41,175 nt of DNA from Klebsormidium nitens (taxonomy: Eukaryota > Plantae > Klebsormidiophyceae), in NCBI GenBank assembly GCA_000708835.1, contig DF237663.1:1-41175 (forward strand). Reading direction: 5' to 3'. Shown in pieces: positions 11,474-23,163 of this stretch. Each line of letters starts with the position of its first letter. Positions within the stretch are counted from its first letter, which is position 1. The notes under the pieces were generated by a model. The model worked only from the letters and a program-made list of their open reading frames with translations, made no database searches and was not told where the DNA came from. A program made the position numbers and the translations under genes.

Positions 11474-14400
11474 TCAGCATTGTCTCAAGTAGCTGGCCGC
11501 TCTCGGGACAGCTTTTGAAAAGGCTTCTAAGAGTTGTCGGTCCTGGATCGAGGCTGAGGCAAGGATCATCTTCCCGTGGGCTTGCAAACACTTCAAGAGG
11601 GTCGTCTCCAGACTGGTGAGCCCAAGGACACCTGCACGGACAAACGCGACGACTGTATCAACGGCCAGCTAGGCTGAGCACAGTGCTCGAGTCATCCGGC
11701 CGTGACAGGTGAGTGACTAAACCAAAGCACTCCCCCCTTCTGGATAGATGTGGTTTAACGTCCAAACCAAACTGCACGGCGCCTGCCGATGAGGCTTTCC
11801 CCCTCGTTCATGCAAGCAGCATCCAAAGTGGCCCAGCGAATTAGGGCGGGGATGTTTCCAGGGTCTCCGCCCGCGTCCCCTCACCCAGCTCCAGCGGCTG
11901 GCCGTCCTCCTCGTCGCCCCCCTCCGCGTCGTCCTCGCCCTCCTCCAACTCGCGTGCCGCGGCCGCATACCGCGCCAAAAAGTGGGCCTCCGTCTCGTCC
12001 TGCTCGCTCTCGTTGTCCTGCCGCAGTGACAGGGCGCTCCAATCAGAAATTTTAAGCGAGAGTTTGTAAGACACGGGCATCTCATTGTAGGTACACCATG
12101 GCACGCTTAAACAAAGCGAAGACTTCGGCGTACGTGACGGATAAAAGGAATTGCATGGCCGCCTCTCTGGTGCAAGGACGTCCCACAAGGTTCAGATCAA
12201 GCTCGCTGCTTCTGTCACCTGATTTTAGAGCTGACCGAAGCTTTGCCACTGCAGCAAGCCTAGACTACTGGACAAGCGTGCCAGGCCGACTTGAAACCCT
12301 TCGTGCGCTGCTCCCCCTCACCTCCTCCCCGTCGTCCCCTTCCTCGTCCTCTTCCTCGTCGTCGTCCTCTTCCTCATTCTCTTCTTCGTCCTCTTCCTCC
12401 ATTCCGCTGTCCTCCTCTTGCAGCTCCGCCTCCCGCAGCAGTGCGCGCATGGCCCCCTCCAGTGAGGCCGCCGCCACTCCCGCCTCTGCGGGCCCGCCGC
12501 CCGCGGCAGCCAGAGTTTCCGCCACCTTTATTAGAGCCGCACCTGCGCGAACCAAGGGAGTCATCTCCAGTCAGCACGGCCCCCTTCAATCACTGCGACA
12601 GAAGGGGTAGTATCTAGTCGAGTTTGTCACGCTTTTCTCGCTACAGGCATGCGCCGAATATGGTTCGGTCCAGCAAAAATCTGGCTCCTGTCACTTGACT
12701 GAATCAGACGCAGCCTTGCCCTTCACGTCAAAGACAAGTCGGGGGTCCAGATTTGAGTCGAGCAGAAGATCTTCGGCAAAACTTAAGCAGGTAGGAGTTC
12801 TACGAATCCGAATTTTCTCTGTTCCCCTCTCAAGCAGCTGAGAAGCCAGAAGCCCTGAAAGACACGTTCGGCGGACCCGGTGCTTCACCCCAGCTCCCGC
12901 TTGGCGCGGCCGCCTGACCCCTCTCACCTGCGAGGTGCGCCTCGGTGGGATCCGTAAGACCGTGCTCGTTTCGCGCCACCACTTCCGCGAGGCGCACCGC
13001 CCACTCCGCCACGCCCGCGCGAGCCTCCAGTCCCGGCCCCGCCTGCTCCTGCGCGCCCAGCGCGGCCGCGAGCGCGGGGGTGGCCACGTCGGGGCTGCAC
13101 AGGAAGCACGTGGCCAGGGCCAGCACCAGCGGCTTGGCCAGCGGGGCCGACCGGGAGGACAGCGCGAGCAACCGCGCGCCGCACGCAGCAGCCACGCGGT
13201 GCACCACCGCCTGCGCACAGACGGGGGAACGTCAGGACGAGGCACACAGCCGAAATGGTCGGGCATTTGGCGATCTTGGGGCAATTCTGGCAGTTGATCT
13301 TGAAGTTCTGGCGGTGCCCATGTCTGACGGGCATTCGGATGCCGTTGGCACTGACGAGGCCGTAATTCATCGAAATCTCTTGTTTGTAGAACAACAGAGG
13401 AGAAGTCGTGCACGAGTCTTTGCCAGCTGTGCGCGTAGGGTGCGTGTCCGTAACCCTCAGCTGGCCGCCGCGGGTGCGCCGCCGCACCTTGGTTGCTTCG
13501 TGGCTGTCGAAGGCGAGCGCGGTGGCGTGCAGCAGGGCGTGCACGCGGTGGCACGCGCGCCATACGCCCTCCGCACGCGTGCTCTCGATGGCGTCCGCCA
13601 GGAAACCGGCGATGGCCTCCAGCGGGGACAGGGGCGGCACTGGGGGAAGGGGGGCCGCCGGGAGAGGGGCCACGATGAAGTGGGGCAGCAGCGCAGCTTT
13701 CTGCACAAACGAAGAAGGGTCGGGCTTCGAGGGAGGGAGCTAGGCGGAGATGTTCCGGTACCCACAAGCACTGCACAAGCACCGATGAAGCCCCTGAATG
13801 CACCCCAAAAGATGAACAACACTTTCTTTTTACTGACTTAAGCGTTGAAGCTCTAAGTGAAGCTTCAAAATTAGCCGAGATCTCAATCCGGTTTTGAGAA
13901 GTTGAGACGTAGAGCAGCCGTCCCGCTTGGCGGTCCGGCGGAAAGCAGCCGGCGCCGCGCACCTGTTTCTCGACGGCCTGGTCAATGACTGCGAGCGCGG
14001 CGCTGTCCTCCTCGCTGCTCCACGCGTCCCACTGCGACAGCAGCCCCGCCCACGCTGACACTAGCGCGCTCACGCGCCGCCGCTCCACTGCGCCGCTATC
14101 ATTGGTGTGCCTGCGCGGAGCAGCGGAACACCGGAATCAGCACAGAGCAAGGACGTCATCCAAAGCCAGGCGCGTGGACACGGTGACGACAGGCTCGAGA
14201 ACCCCTTTCGAAAGGTGCTCTATTTTGCGACTAACGCAATCGCAACTCTACCGACTTCCCACTTGGGAATCGCATGCTCAGCAGTGCAACCCACAGTCAG
14301 TACGTCGGAAGGCAACAGCGCCAGGGCGTGCCACTGCCCGCGCTTTTGATCTGTGTGGAGCGGTGTGGTGCTCACTGGAGGAGGCTGGCCAGCAGGACGG

Positions 14401-17400
14401 AGAGGTCGTGCAGGCACGAGTCGGTGGGCGGCTCCGCTTCCTCTGCGGCCCCGGGCGGGGGCAGCCACGCGCGGGCCAGAAACGCAGCCACGCAGTCCGC
14501 CACGGCGGCCTGCTCCGAAGGGGACGGTACATACGGGGGCCCGGCCTGAGAGGGGAGGAAGGAGGGACGTCAGCACGGGGTGCGGGGCAGGAGAAGGTGA
14601 AAGTCTTCGGCTTCGGTTAAGTGGTCGAAATGCGATGAAAGGGCAACTTCAGGCGGTCCTACCAACACTGGTGCTCCCACCTACAAAAGAAACTTTCGGA
14701 ACGCTACTTTCGAGTTGCAAGGGGCCGTTTCTAGTGGTGCCTTACCATCACGCTCCCTCGTCAAAGAGACACGAGCAACAGAGAGTCATAGCCAGATCCG
14801 GAATCAACGGAAGAACTCGGCATCCTCGTTGCACGGCACCCCCTACCGCACCCCTCCTCACCGGCTCCTCCTCCTCCTCGTCGTCCTCCTCGTCAGTGCC
14901 CGTCGCGGCATCGTCGGATGCCGTCACGAGCTGCGTCAGGGCAGCGACGCCCGCCTCCGCGACCGCGGGCCAGGGGGTCGCCCGCTCCTCCGGCAGCCGC
15001 GCCACCACCGCAGCCATCAGCACCGGCAGCAACGCAGGGCAGTGGCGTGCCACCTGGCACAAAAACGACAACCGTGCGGTCAGCGGGCAGGAGCGGGCGG
15101 GCCCGGAGCGAAGATACGGCGGGGATGCCAACCGCGCCCGGCAAAGTGCGATTTGCTGGAGCGACTGCTCCCAGCGTGGGCCCGGCGGGCTGACCTGGGC
15201 GTCCCCGGTCTCGGCGGCGGTCTGCAGCAGCTGGAAGGCGCGCGCGGTCTCGTCGTCGTCGGGCGAGCGCGACGCGGCAACGGCGGCCTGCAGCAGCGGC
15301 AACCACTCGGGGGGGACGAACTCGGCCTGCACACACAGGGGCGGGGAGGTCGCCTCACGCAGCGACGGTGACGGACCCGGAAAGACCGGGCAGCAAATAT
15401 TTATTCGAAGAAACAAGAAGGTGAACTGAGCGTGCCTTCACTGCAGCAACGCAGATAGCTCGGATAAGATTGACCACTCGAAGCGCGTGCCGTCTTGAAT
15501 GCGAGCAGCCGCCAGCAAGGGCGCTGTGTATAACCCATCGTTGCGCTCGTGCAGTCACCCCTGCACGGCGTGACTCCGAAAAGCGCATCGTCCGGATGTC
15601 CATCACGGCCTGGTTCAGGAAATGGCAAGTTCCAGTTTCCCTCACCGTGAGCAATGCTCGAAGGGCGCCTGCCGCGGACAGGCGGACCGGCCCCGCGTCG
15701 AGGTCGTCGGTATCGGGCCAGGTGAGAGCCTTCATGAGGGTGTCGAAGACGTGCCCGCGCAGAGTATCCCCCGCCAGGCCCGGCGCCTCTCCCGCCTGGG
15801 CGTGTCGAGCGAACGAAACTAAAAGTCAAACGGCGAAGGACTGCCAGGATCGCGCATGCAGGGAGGCAACTCCATAAGGGGAAGGCCACGTGGTCGAAGT
15901 CTCTACCGGATGCGGGTCGTCATGCACCTGGCAACACGAACCGGGACGATACCCGCCCGTAGATCTGGCTTTGTGAGCGTGACGGCTGACCTTGGCGAGG
16001 TGGTCCGCGTACTCCCCGAGCAGCCAGTTGGCGGTGGCGAGCAGCAGCGGCGACGGGGCGGGCTGCCCGTACAGCGGCAATACGCGCGAGCGCAGCATGG
16101 CCACGGCAGCGCCGGGCTTTTGGGAGCGGCTGTAAAACTGGGGGCCAAACAGGGGACGGGGTCAGGCAGGAGCGGAGACAGAATCACGTGATGACGGTAC
16201 GAAATTTTCTGTTTTCGTGATCGCTTACTTGTTGTAAGAACGCAGAGGTAAGATTGGCGGCTTATTGACAGCGAAACGCGGTGATTTTGCAGCCAGGAAT
16301 AAGTAGAACATGCAGCCAGATGTATTACCGATCCCGGTCCACTACAGTACTTGGAGGAGCATACAAGTCGGGGATTGTCCTGTCTTACATTTTGGAGGGC
16401 TCCGTACGCTTGAAGCACGCCGTAGTACCTGGACCACAACAAGATGCAGCAAGCGTGAGACGATATTCGGCAACAGCGAAGAGAAGAGACTAGACACTCC
16501 CGTGCAATCGAAACATGGTCGAGCAGGTTATGCGCAGCAGGTGCAGGGACGTGGCTGCGCTCACTGCGCGACGTCGCTGGTGCTTGTCCCGGTGGGCATG
16601 GCGTGCTGCGCGAGTGCGGGCAGCACGATCAGCTCGCCGGCTGTCACGTCCTTGGCATCGCGCAGCGGCCGCTTGCCGCCCTTGCGCGCCGGCCGCGACG
16701 GCGAGCTCACCTGCACGCAGAATGGCACACACGGAATAGGCGCGAGGCGCTGAGACGGTCACCGACTGGGACGCGTCTTCGCTTCTGCAACTGCTTCCAG
16801 AAGTTGTACGTACGAGGCAACCAGCAAGTAAGCGGGACCAGCATGCCTGTACTTAGCCCTTGATTTTGGAAGGCTGCACAGTTTAGAGTACCTAAACTGC
16901 TCGAGCAGCGCTTGTGAGTGGCCCCTTCTGAGGCCTCGTGCAGCTTGGCTGGAGTTAGCAGCGGCTGTACCTTGGCCAGTGCGATGAGGCCCAGCAGGTT
17001 CTGTGCGCTCCGCCGGGGGCTCAGCAAGTCGTCCCGCCACCCGCTGACATCGTCCTGCCGATTTGCAACGAAGGAATATATTCGAACCTTCAACAATGCC
17101 GGGATGGAACCCGGACGGAGTGCGAGTGGTCTGCGAAACCTCAATAGGAGAAAAGAAGGTCCGAATAGTCGAAACGCAAATGGTACAATACATAGAGACT
17201 TGACACAACACACTGATGAGCTCCGTCCTACTGAGGGCGACTGATCGGGGTTACCGCACCATATCGTCCGGCAGGTTGCGGCTGAGGTAGGCGGCGGGGT
17301 CTTCCTGCCACTCGGTGACGTCCTGGATAAGGAAGCAAGCACGCACAGTCAGCGAGAGCTGCCCCTGAGAACCGTATTAAGCACGCACTGCTTTGGCCAG

Positions 17401-20400
17401 AATCGAAGCGGCACTGCTTTGGCCAGAATCGAAGCGGCTAAATCTGCTCCGCTGGTGACACTCCTGACTGCACGCATCAAGAGATCGACTGACGTCACCC
17501 CAGTTGCAGAGGCCGCGTTTCACCTGTTCCTGGAGAGCCAGAGCGGGGAAGATGGCCTGGCTTAGCAGCGCCTCGAAGTGGGGCGACAGCAGGCGCCAGC
17601 CCTGCACACGCCACGCGGGGGACAGCATGCGTCAGTGACGGCGGCTGTTCCTTCTCATGGCTGCACTGCAGTCTTGAACCAATAGACCCGAGGATGGAGC
17701 CTCCTACACCATAGTCATACTTGGTGGGACTTCCTAGTGCTTTTCCGATCAGGGTCTCAGCTCTGGCTGTCGTTCTCTCCGACCCAGCCCCATCGCCAGT
17801 GCCATGCTCGTTTGCAGCCTTCCCCCTTACCCCGGGGAAAAGGGCACTCACCGGGCCTGTCTCCAGGATGGCGGCCAGCAGGTCGAAGGCCAGCGACACG
17901 ATGCGCTCCTGGAGCGGGTGCAGGCCCTGCACGCGCCACCACCACGCACACTCGCTCAGACGGCACCAAAGGTGGGCCGCGCTGCTGCACCGTCCAAGGT
18001 AGGCAGCATGCTATGGCGACAAGAAGCGGACAACTTGACCAGGTGCCTGTGTTTCCTACATCGGGCTTCGATCCAGAGATGGTTGCCATACGTTCTGCCC
18101 ACCTCTCGTCCGTGGTACTCGAGATGAGGCTGGGTGACGCACCTGATGCGCCACTGCTGCCGTGACAATGCCCACCGCCGCCGTGACCATCTGCTGCAGG
18201 TACCTGCCACCGCAGGCGCCTGGCAGGGCTCAGCGCAGACACGGCCGCAAGGGCCAGAACCAGCAAGGGCAGCCAAGAGTGGCGCTCCTGGCTGGACCCA
18301 TGGTAGACCGAGGAGTCTCACAAAAATCCAGGAGTAGACGTTAACAGTGGTTTAAAGCTCTCCGCGTCAAATTTGCCACCGGAGCTCCGACTCGAAATGT
18401 ACAGTTTTCGATCTTGAATTCCGATTTCGATTCCTGATCTTCGATACTTGCACACCCCTAACATGTCGATTTTAGAGAGGATGATTAGCCGGGAGCTTCA
18501 TAAGAGTTCCCGGGTGGATTCAGAAGTCAAGTGACAGCTGCTTCATCTTCAGCAAGAATCACTGGCCGTTTACTAAACGTCAATCTCATCCCAGGGGGTA
18601 CCGCCGTCCAAGATGGGAATGGGAACTTCACATTCAAGATCGAGAACCGCAATGCGACCGTTGGGGCTCCGGTGGCAGGTTTGACGCAGATAGCTGTAAC
18701 ATGAGCCAACGGTGGTGCGTGGGTTGCTCACTTGTCGGTGTGTTTCCGGTGGCGGGCAACCATGGAGGCACAGATCTGGAGGGTGCGCTTGACGAGGCGG
18801 AAGCGTGTGATGTGCCCTTCCTGCGGGTCTTGCACCGCCAGCACGGGGAGGGTCGCCAGCGCCAGCACCCCGGCCAGCCACACCGGCAGCTGGGGGACCA
18901 AAGCGGCAGGCAAGTGGGAGCGCACCTGGGGCGACAAAAAGCAGTGAGAATAGGCTCCAAGTGTAGAGGCGGGACGTCAGATATTTGTGTGAAATCTTCT
19001 TGGACTGGTTTGAACTTGGTCAAAGCAACGGTGGGGCATTTCAAGCAGACGCCCAGGCGGAGGCCCTGTCATGAGGTCGAGGCAGTGGCTCGTCCTTCAC
19101 TCGGGGACAGCTAGGGGGCCACCTGCCGCAGAAAGCCTCTCACTGTGTGGTGGAACGCCTTGAGCAGCAGGTGCAGCAGCGCATCGTGCTCCGCAAGGCC
19201 TGCTTCATGGCTGGCAATCGCCTGCGAAGGGATTAGAAATGCCGGTCAGACCAACGCACAGTCTGCCTTGGACCAGCCTGGACTGGTGGGGCCAGATCAC
19301 GTCTGGCCCAGCTATGATCTGCCTTTCGGTCAACGCATGCCTGGATCTACAACGAGAGGCCATCGAACGGGCGCCCAAACTCCGCCTTCACATGAAAGCT
19401 GCAACAAGGAGCAAGGCGCACCTGTTGCGTGAGTGCCTGGTAGATGCTCTGCAGGGGCTCCAGCAGCTGCGCCGCAATGGCCTCCAGCTGCGGGGGGACG
19501 GGCTCAGCCACCTCCGTCGGCTTCTGGAAGTACTGCACGCATCACAATGCCAGGGGCAGGCGGCCCATCAGAGGACCCATCAGTGCAGCACCGAATCGCA
19601 CGGGGCAGCCTCTGTAAACGAAGACTACCTCCAGCCAGCATGCTTACAGGGGCACCCGTCAACGTGGGCCATCGAAAGTGCCAGCGGGGTACAGAACAAA
19701 GATATCAGCCTCATTTCTCAACACATCACCGCAGCCCTTCTCCGACACACTGGCGTGGTTGGCGGGCCTACTTGGAAGGGCTTGGTAATCGTGTGCACTG
19801 CCACGAGCGCGTTGTACGTCTTGATGGGTGACACGGCGCTGCCGGCCATCAGGTTGCTGTGCTGGATGGCGGCACGCAGGGCAGGGAGCAGCTCCGGCCA
19901 CTCGCCCGTGTCGCGAAAGTCGTGCATCACCAGTACGCGCAGCTACACACCCAAGCAGGCGGAACGGGTTTGGAATGGCATGCGTCCTGTTTGAAAGACC
20001 AGATACTCACTAGGAATGGACGGTGCCAGCTTGGGGTTGGTACACAGTGGAATGCGCAATGCTGCAACCTCCCCTGTGAACCCCTGGTGCCCACATGTTT
20101 GGGTTGCCTCACCGCCTCTGCCAGCTGCTTGAGCACTGCGCCGTCTGCTCGCATGACCACCTCCAGCAACTGGGCACGCACAGTGGCGCGCTCGCCCGCT
20201 GGGAGGCCCACGCCGCGGTCCTCGGTGAAGCGAGTGGTGCGCACATAATTCTTCAGGTAGGTCGCTGCAGGCAGCGAGTAGCCGGCCAGCGGGACCACCG
20301 CGCACAGCGCCAGCAGCTGGCTGGCAAAGCCTGGCAAGCAGGAGAGGGCGGGGCATGGTTAATGGCATCGTGCACAATGTCTGGAGGCAGCTGACATCCT

Positions 20401-20672
20401 TCCGTCCCTAACAATTGGCTGAAAAAAAGGTGCAGAATGAGGCACAAACAAGTCCACATTGGAAGTATCTTTGCCATCTTGCAGCCTGTGCGCATCATGT
20501 GGTGCCAAAGATAGATGTGGTGGCCTGATTGTTGCTGCGAATTAGGTGGCCAGAACAAAAGTCCAGCTGTCTCACCAGGCTGTCTCTGCTCCTGCTCCAA
20601 AGCTGTCGTAGCTTTCTTCACAGCTTCTCCATCTCCTGTTGTGGCTTCTAGCAAGTGTGCCAAACGCTCCAT
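11474..20672 (-). CDS. Importin-beta family karyopherin (ARM/HEAT repeats, importin N-terminal domain), about 1120 aa, most like the plant SAD2-homolog/PLANTKAP (At3g17340) type
   Basis: 24 in-phase GT-AG exons: 20672-20576, 20330-20113, 19942-19772, 19532-19422, 19221-19144, 18925-18732, 18203-18143, 17926-17852, 17601-17524, 17322-17260, 17054-16971, 16710-16565, 16428-16389, 16137-15991, 15795-15646, 15326-15195, 15053-14862, 14545-14376, 14110-13963, 13700-13488, 13210-12928, 12542-12322, 12017-11885, 11631-11474. Motifs: AATYLKNYVR, WPELLPALRAAIQHSNL, RIVSLAFDLLAAILETGPGWRLLSPHF, EWQEDPAAYL, YYGVLQAYGAL, acidic C-terminal loop and ETEAHFLARYAAAA. Subfamily call is from memory of homologs. 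Confidence 0.9.
17385..17438. repeat. Perfect 26-bp tandem duplication in importin intron 9
   Basis: GCACTGCTTTGGCCAGAATCGAAGCG at 17385-17410 and 17411-17436, followed by GC. Confidence 0.95.
18352..18699. mobile_element. Degenerate foldback/MITE-like element in importin intron 6
   Basis: 18352-18390 (ttaaagctctccgcgtcaaatttgccaccggagctccga) pairs with the reverse complement of 18661-18699 (ttacagctatctgcgtcaaacctgccaccggagccccaa) at about 80%. Pairing continues inward (cagttttcgatcttgaat vs cggttctcgatcttgaat). No clear TSD. Confidence 0.7.
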
Positions 20673-21256
20673 GGCTGCCAAAATCTTCCCCAAGAACCCA
20701 GCCCACTGGGCTTGATGCTTAGACCATCCTTGCAGATGCTACAGAAGCAAATGATCTCATTACCATGGTGGCAGCTAGAGCTGGTGCAGTTGACAGCTGG
20801 ATTTACATATTTTTGACACTGTTCCACAGCCAGCGCAAACCTGATCAGTCAGTGAACTTGAGAGTTGGAACTTCAAGTTGAAGTCGACGAGTTGAAATAC
20901 GGTAGAATGGCGGGAAGGGCGCAGTGAGTAGCTCCTATGCCAGCTGGCAGCGCGCGCCGGTTCAAACGGTCACCAGCCGCCTGAGCTACTACCTACTACC
21001 AGGCGGAACGCACAATTCTGAGATGGCCGAAACGCTGTCACAGCCGTCCGATCTTCACCTAATGAAGCCAGTCTGAGGGTGCACTTGGGCATTAGCTGCT
21101 AGCGACCAGGACCGGACTCTTAAGCTTGGGCCTCCTCCCTTGCGCCGAAGAGGACGAATCGGAGCCGTCAATTTGTTGACGTTGACAGGATGGACGATGA
21201 TGACAGCATGGTCGCTTGTCCCCCAGCCATTTCGAGATTGTGCGTTCCGCCTGCTA

Positions 21257-21545
21257 CCGTAGTCCAACGTGATGATTCCGAATAAACAAATAATTATTTG
21301 CGTTCGGAAAGTCAAAAATTCGGATTTCTCATTCGGAAAGTGAAATTTCGGAAAGGTAAAATAACCCTGAAATGGTCCTCGGAAGCCGTAAAACTGCCAA
21401 AAACAGCCAAAAAGCCCCCTTCTAAGTGAGACCATAGGGCGTTCGGATTGTTGTCGGAATCAGCGTAAATAATTCCACTTTCCTGGTCGGATTGTTGGAA
21501 AATAATTGAAATAAAATCGTTCGGAATCATCACGTTGGACTACGG
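21257..21545. mobile_element. Tc1/mariner-type MITE (289 bp), TA target-site duplication
   Basis: Perfect 26-bp TIR CCGTAGTCCAACGTGATGATTCCGAA (21257-21282 / 21520-21545) flanked by TA on both sides (21255-56, 21546-47). AT-rich non-coding interior. Confidence 0.9.
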
Positions 21546-21550
21546 TAAAA

Positions 21551-21959
21551 GAGTAGACTTACATTGGCACGGTTACATGGGTTTGTAGCAACTTTTTCCA
21601 ACGGCACGGTTACTTCGAGTTTAGCGCGAAAGCAATCGGCCGGTCACCGAACGTAGCCCCTTGGAATGCAAATTTGGGATCGATCAGACGGTACTGTACC
21701 ATGTAGATCTTGGGTACCGAGTGTGTACTGACCAAAGTTCCGAACCGTCCGATCCACTCGTTCCCCCCACGCGGCAAGCCCGGATGGAGTAACGGTGCGC
21801 CGTTGGCCATGCAACGGTGCCGTTGGAAGATTATCGCAGGGGGTTCCGAAGAATCGACCCAGTTGATCATGAAGTAACCGTGCGTGAAAGTAACCGTGCC
21901 AATGTGCGGTCCGGTTGCAGTTAAGTTTCAACAGTAACCGTGCCAATGTAAGTCTACCC
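21551..21959. mobile_element. Second non-autonomous TIR element (409 bp), superfamily uncertain
   Basis: TIR G(A/G)GTAGACTTACATTGGCACGGTTAC, 25/26 identical (21551-21576 / 21934-21959). Extra subterminal GCACGGTTAC/GTAACCGTGC copies at 21604, 21874 and 21890. No matching TSD found. Confidence 0.85.
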
Positions 21960-22253
21960 TAGTGACTCTGAAGTCAACCGTACTACAGTGGCCCCGCGCG
22001 TGCCCGGCCGCGACGTAGTGTTATACCGTAGGACCTAAACCCTCCGACAAACCCTACGGCGCAGTACGTGTCACCAGCCGCGCGGCCGGCCTGCGCGCGT
22101 CGAGCTCATAAGAAATCAGAGCTGCCCCAGCCCCGGGCTTTTATTCAGCCACCGTCTTTGGTCGTGTCGCACCTGTCGAAAGCCGTTCATTTTTCATCGA
22201 CGGTTGTGGCGCGTTTCACCACATTTGAGGCTGTCGTCAGCACTATTTGCTTA

Positions 22254-22431
22254 GTACGAATTATTAGTACCGGCGGTACTATTAAAAACAGTACCGCGGA
22301 GTCGCGACGACGGTAAATTTGATACCGGCCGGTACTATAGTCTGACAGTATTTGTCAGACTGTGTGTACGGCATTGAGTGCCGTACGCAATTTGGTACGG
22401 AAAATTTGGAATTCAACCGTCGCGCGACGGT
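22254..22431. other. GTAC-dense chain of short hairpins/palindromes
   Basis: TAGTACCG-g-CGGTACTA 22265-22281, TACCGGCCGGTA 22323-22334, AGTCTGACA-gtatt-TGTCAGACT 22339-22361, GTACGGCA-ttgag-TGCCGTAC 22366-22386, ACCGTCGCGCGACGGT 22416-22431. Eight GTAC in 145 bp. Confidence 0.8.
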
Positions 22432-22592
22432 ATCGACCCCGGTAAACTTAGCACTGGAAGTCTAGTGAGCCTACATTTCAGTACAGTGCAGCCTCAGTGC
22501 ACTACCCCAGTGTCAAATTTATTCCCGCGAACACCTCGGTACATGTCAAAAGTCAGCCTACGTCACGCGCGGCCTTCACCCAGACTGCGCAA

Positions 22593-23163
22593 CAGGGGTG
22601 CGGACAGGATTTTGCCTCGAGGCGCTTCTGCGCCCCGGGCCTTTGCCCTGGGGCGCAGGCAGCTTCCCTGGGGCGCACAAAGTAGTACCGGGCCCCAGAA
22701 GCGCCCGGTACACTTAGCTTTTGCTCTATTACGGCCCTAGGAGGCCCTGGGCCCTGGCCCACCTTATACTCCTAATTAGCAGCAACTACATGTGGGACTT
22801 ATCGGATCAATACGCTACTGATACTAGTCTGCTTATGGAAGCAGTAAATGCAGATACGAATTTGAATGTTTTCTTGAATGGCGTGGGGACAGGCAGGATG
22901 ATAATCCGGACGAGTTCTGTAGGGGTAGGCACTTATATAAGATTGTCAAATATTCAGGCAGCACTTATGGCATTGAAACTCGCTCAGATTCTAGACTCTG
23001 TTCAAGATTGAACCAGATTAAGCACCCAATATAGGTAGTCCATGTCCCTGCTTAGGCCCACATTTGCCCGGGGGCGCTTCTGCGCCCCGGCTCTTCGCCC
23101 GAGGGCGCAGGATATTTCCCGGGGGCGCTCTGCGCCCCATTCTGCGCCCCGCCCGCACCCCTG
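22593..23163. mobile_element. Non-autonomous hAT-type element (571 bp) with 8-bp TSD
   Basis: 11-bp perfect TIR CAGGGGTGCGG (22593-22603 / 23153-23163). Identical 8-bp flanks CTGCGCAA (22585-22592, 23164-23171). GGGGCGC/GCGCCCC subterminal motifs at both ends and an AT-rich core. Confidence 0.92.

Noticed and set aside
12322-12400. GAG/GAC trinucleotide-like run
   Set aside because: It encodes the acidic loop of the importin and is not an independent repeat.
12691-15429. Long ORFs such as 12691-14088 (-), 12945-13841 (+) and 14353-15429 (+)
   Set aside because: Off-frame or antisense read-throughs of GC-rich importin exons and introns. They give Arg/Pro/Ala-rich nonsense, and the true spliced frame explains the region.
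22035-22056. Telomere-like/telo-box words (CTAAACCCT, AAACCCTA; also 6450 and 33288)
   Set aside because: Isolated 8-9-mers are near chance frequency in 41 kb and form no tandem telomeric array.
22721-23011. 96-aa ORF inside the hAT element
   Set aside because: Non-ATG start and no transposase motifs; it is the AT-rich filler of a non-autonomous element.
21257-23163. CRISPR-like array suggested by the short repeated motifs
   Set aside because: The repeats are TIR/subterminal motifs with irregular spacing and mixed orientation; eukaryotic context and no cas genes.
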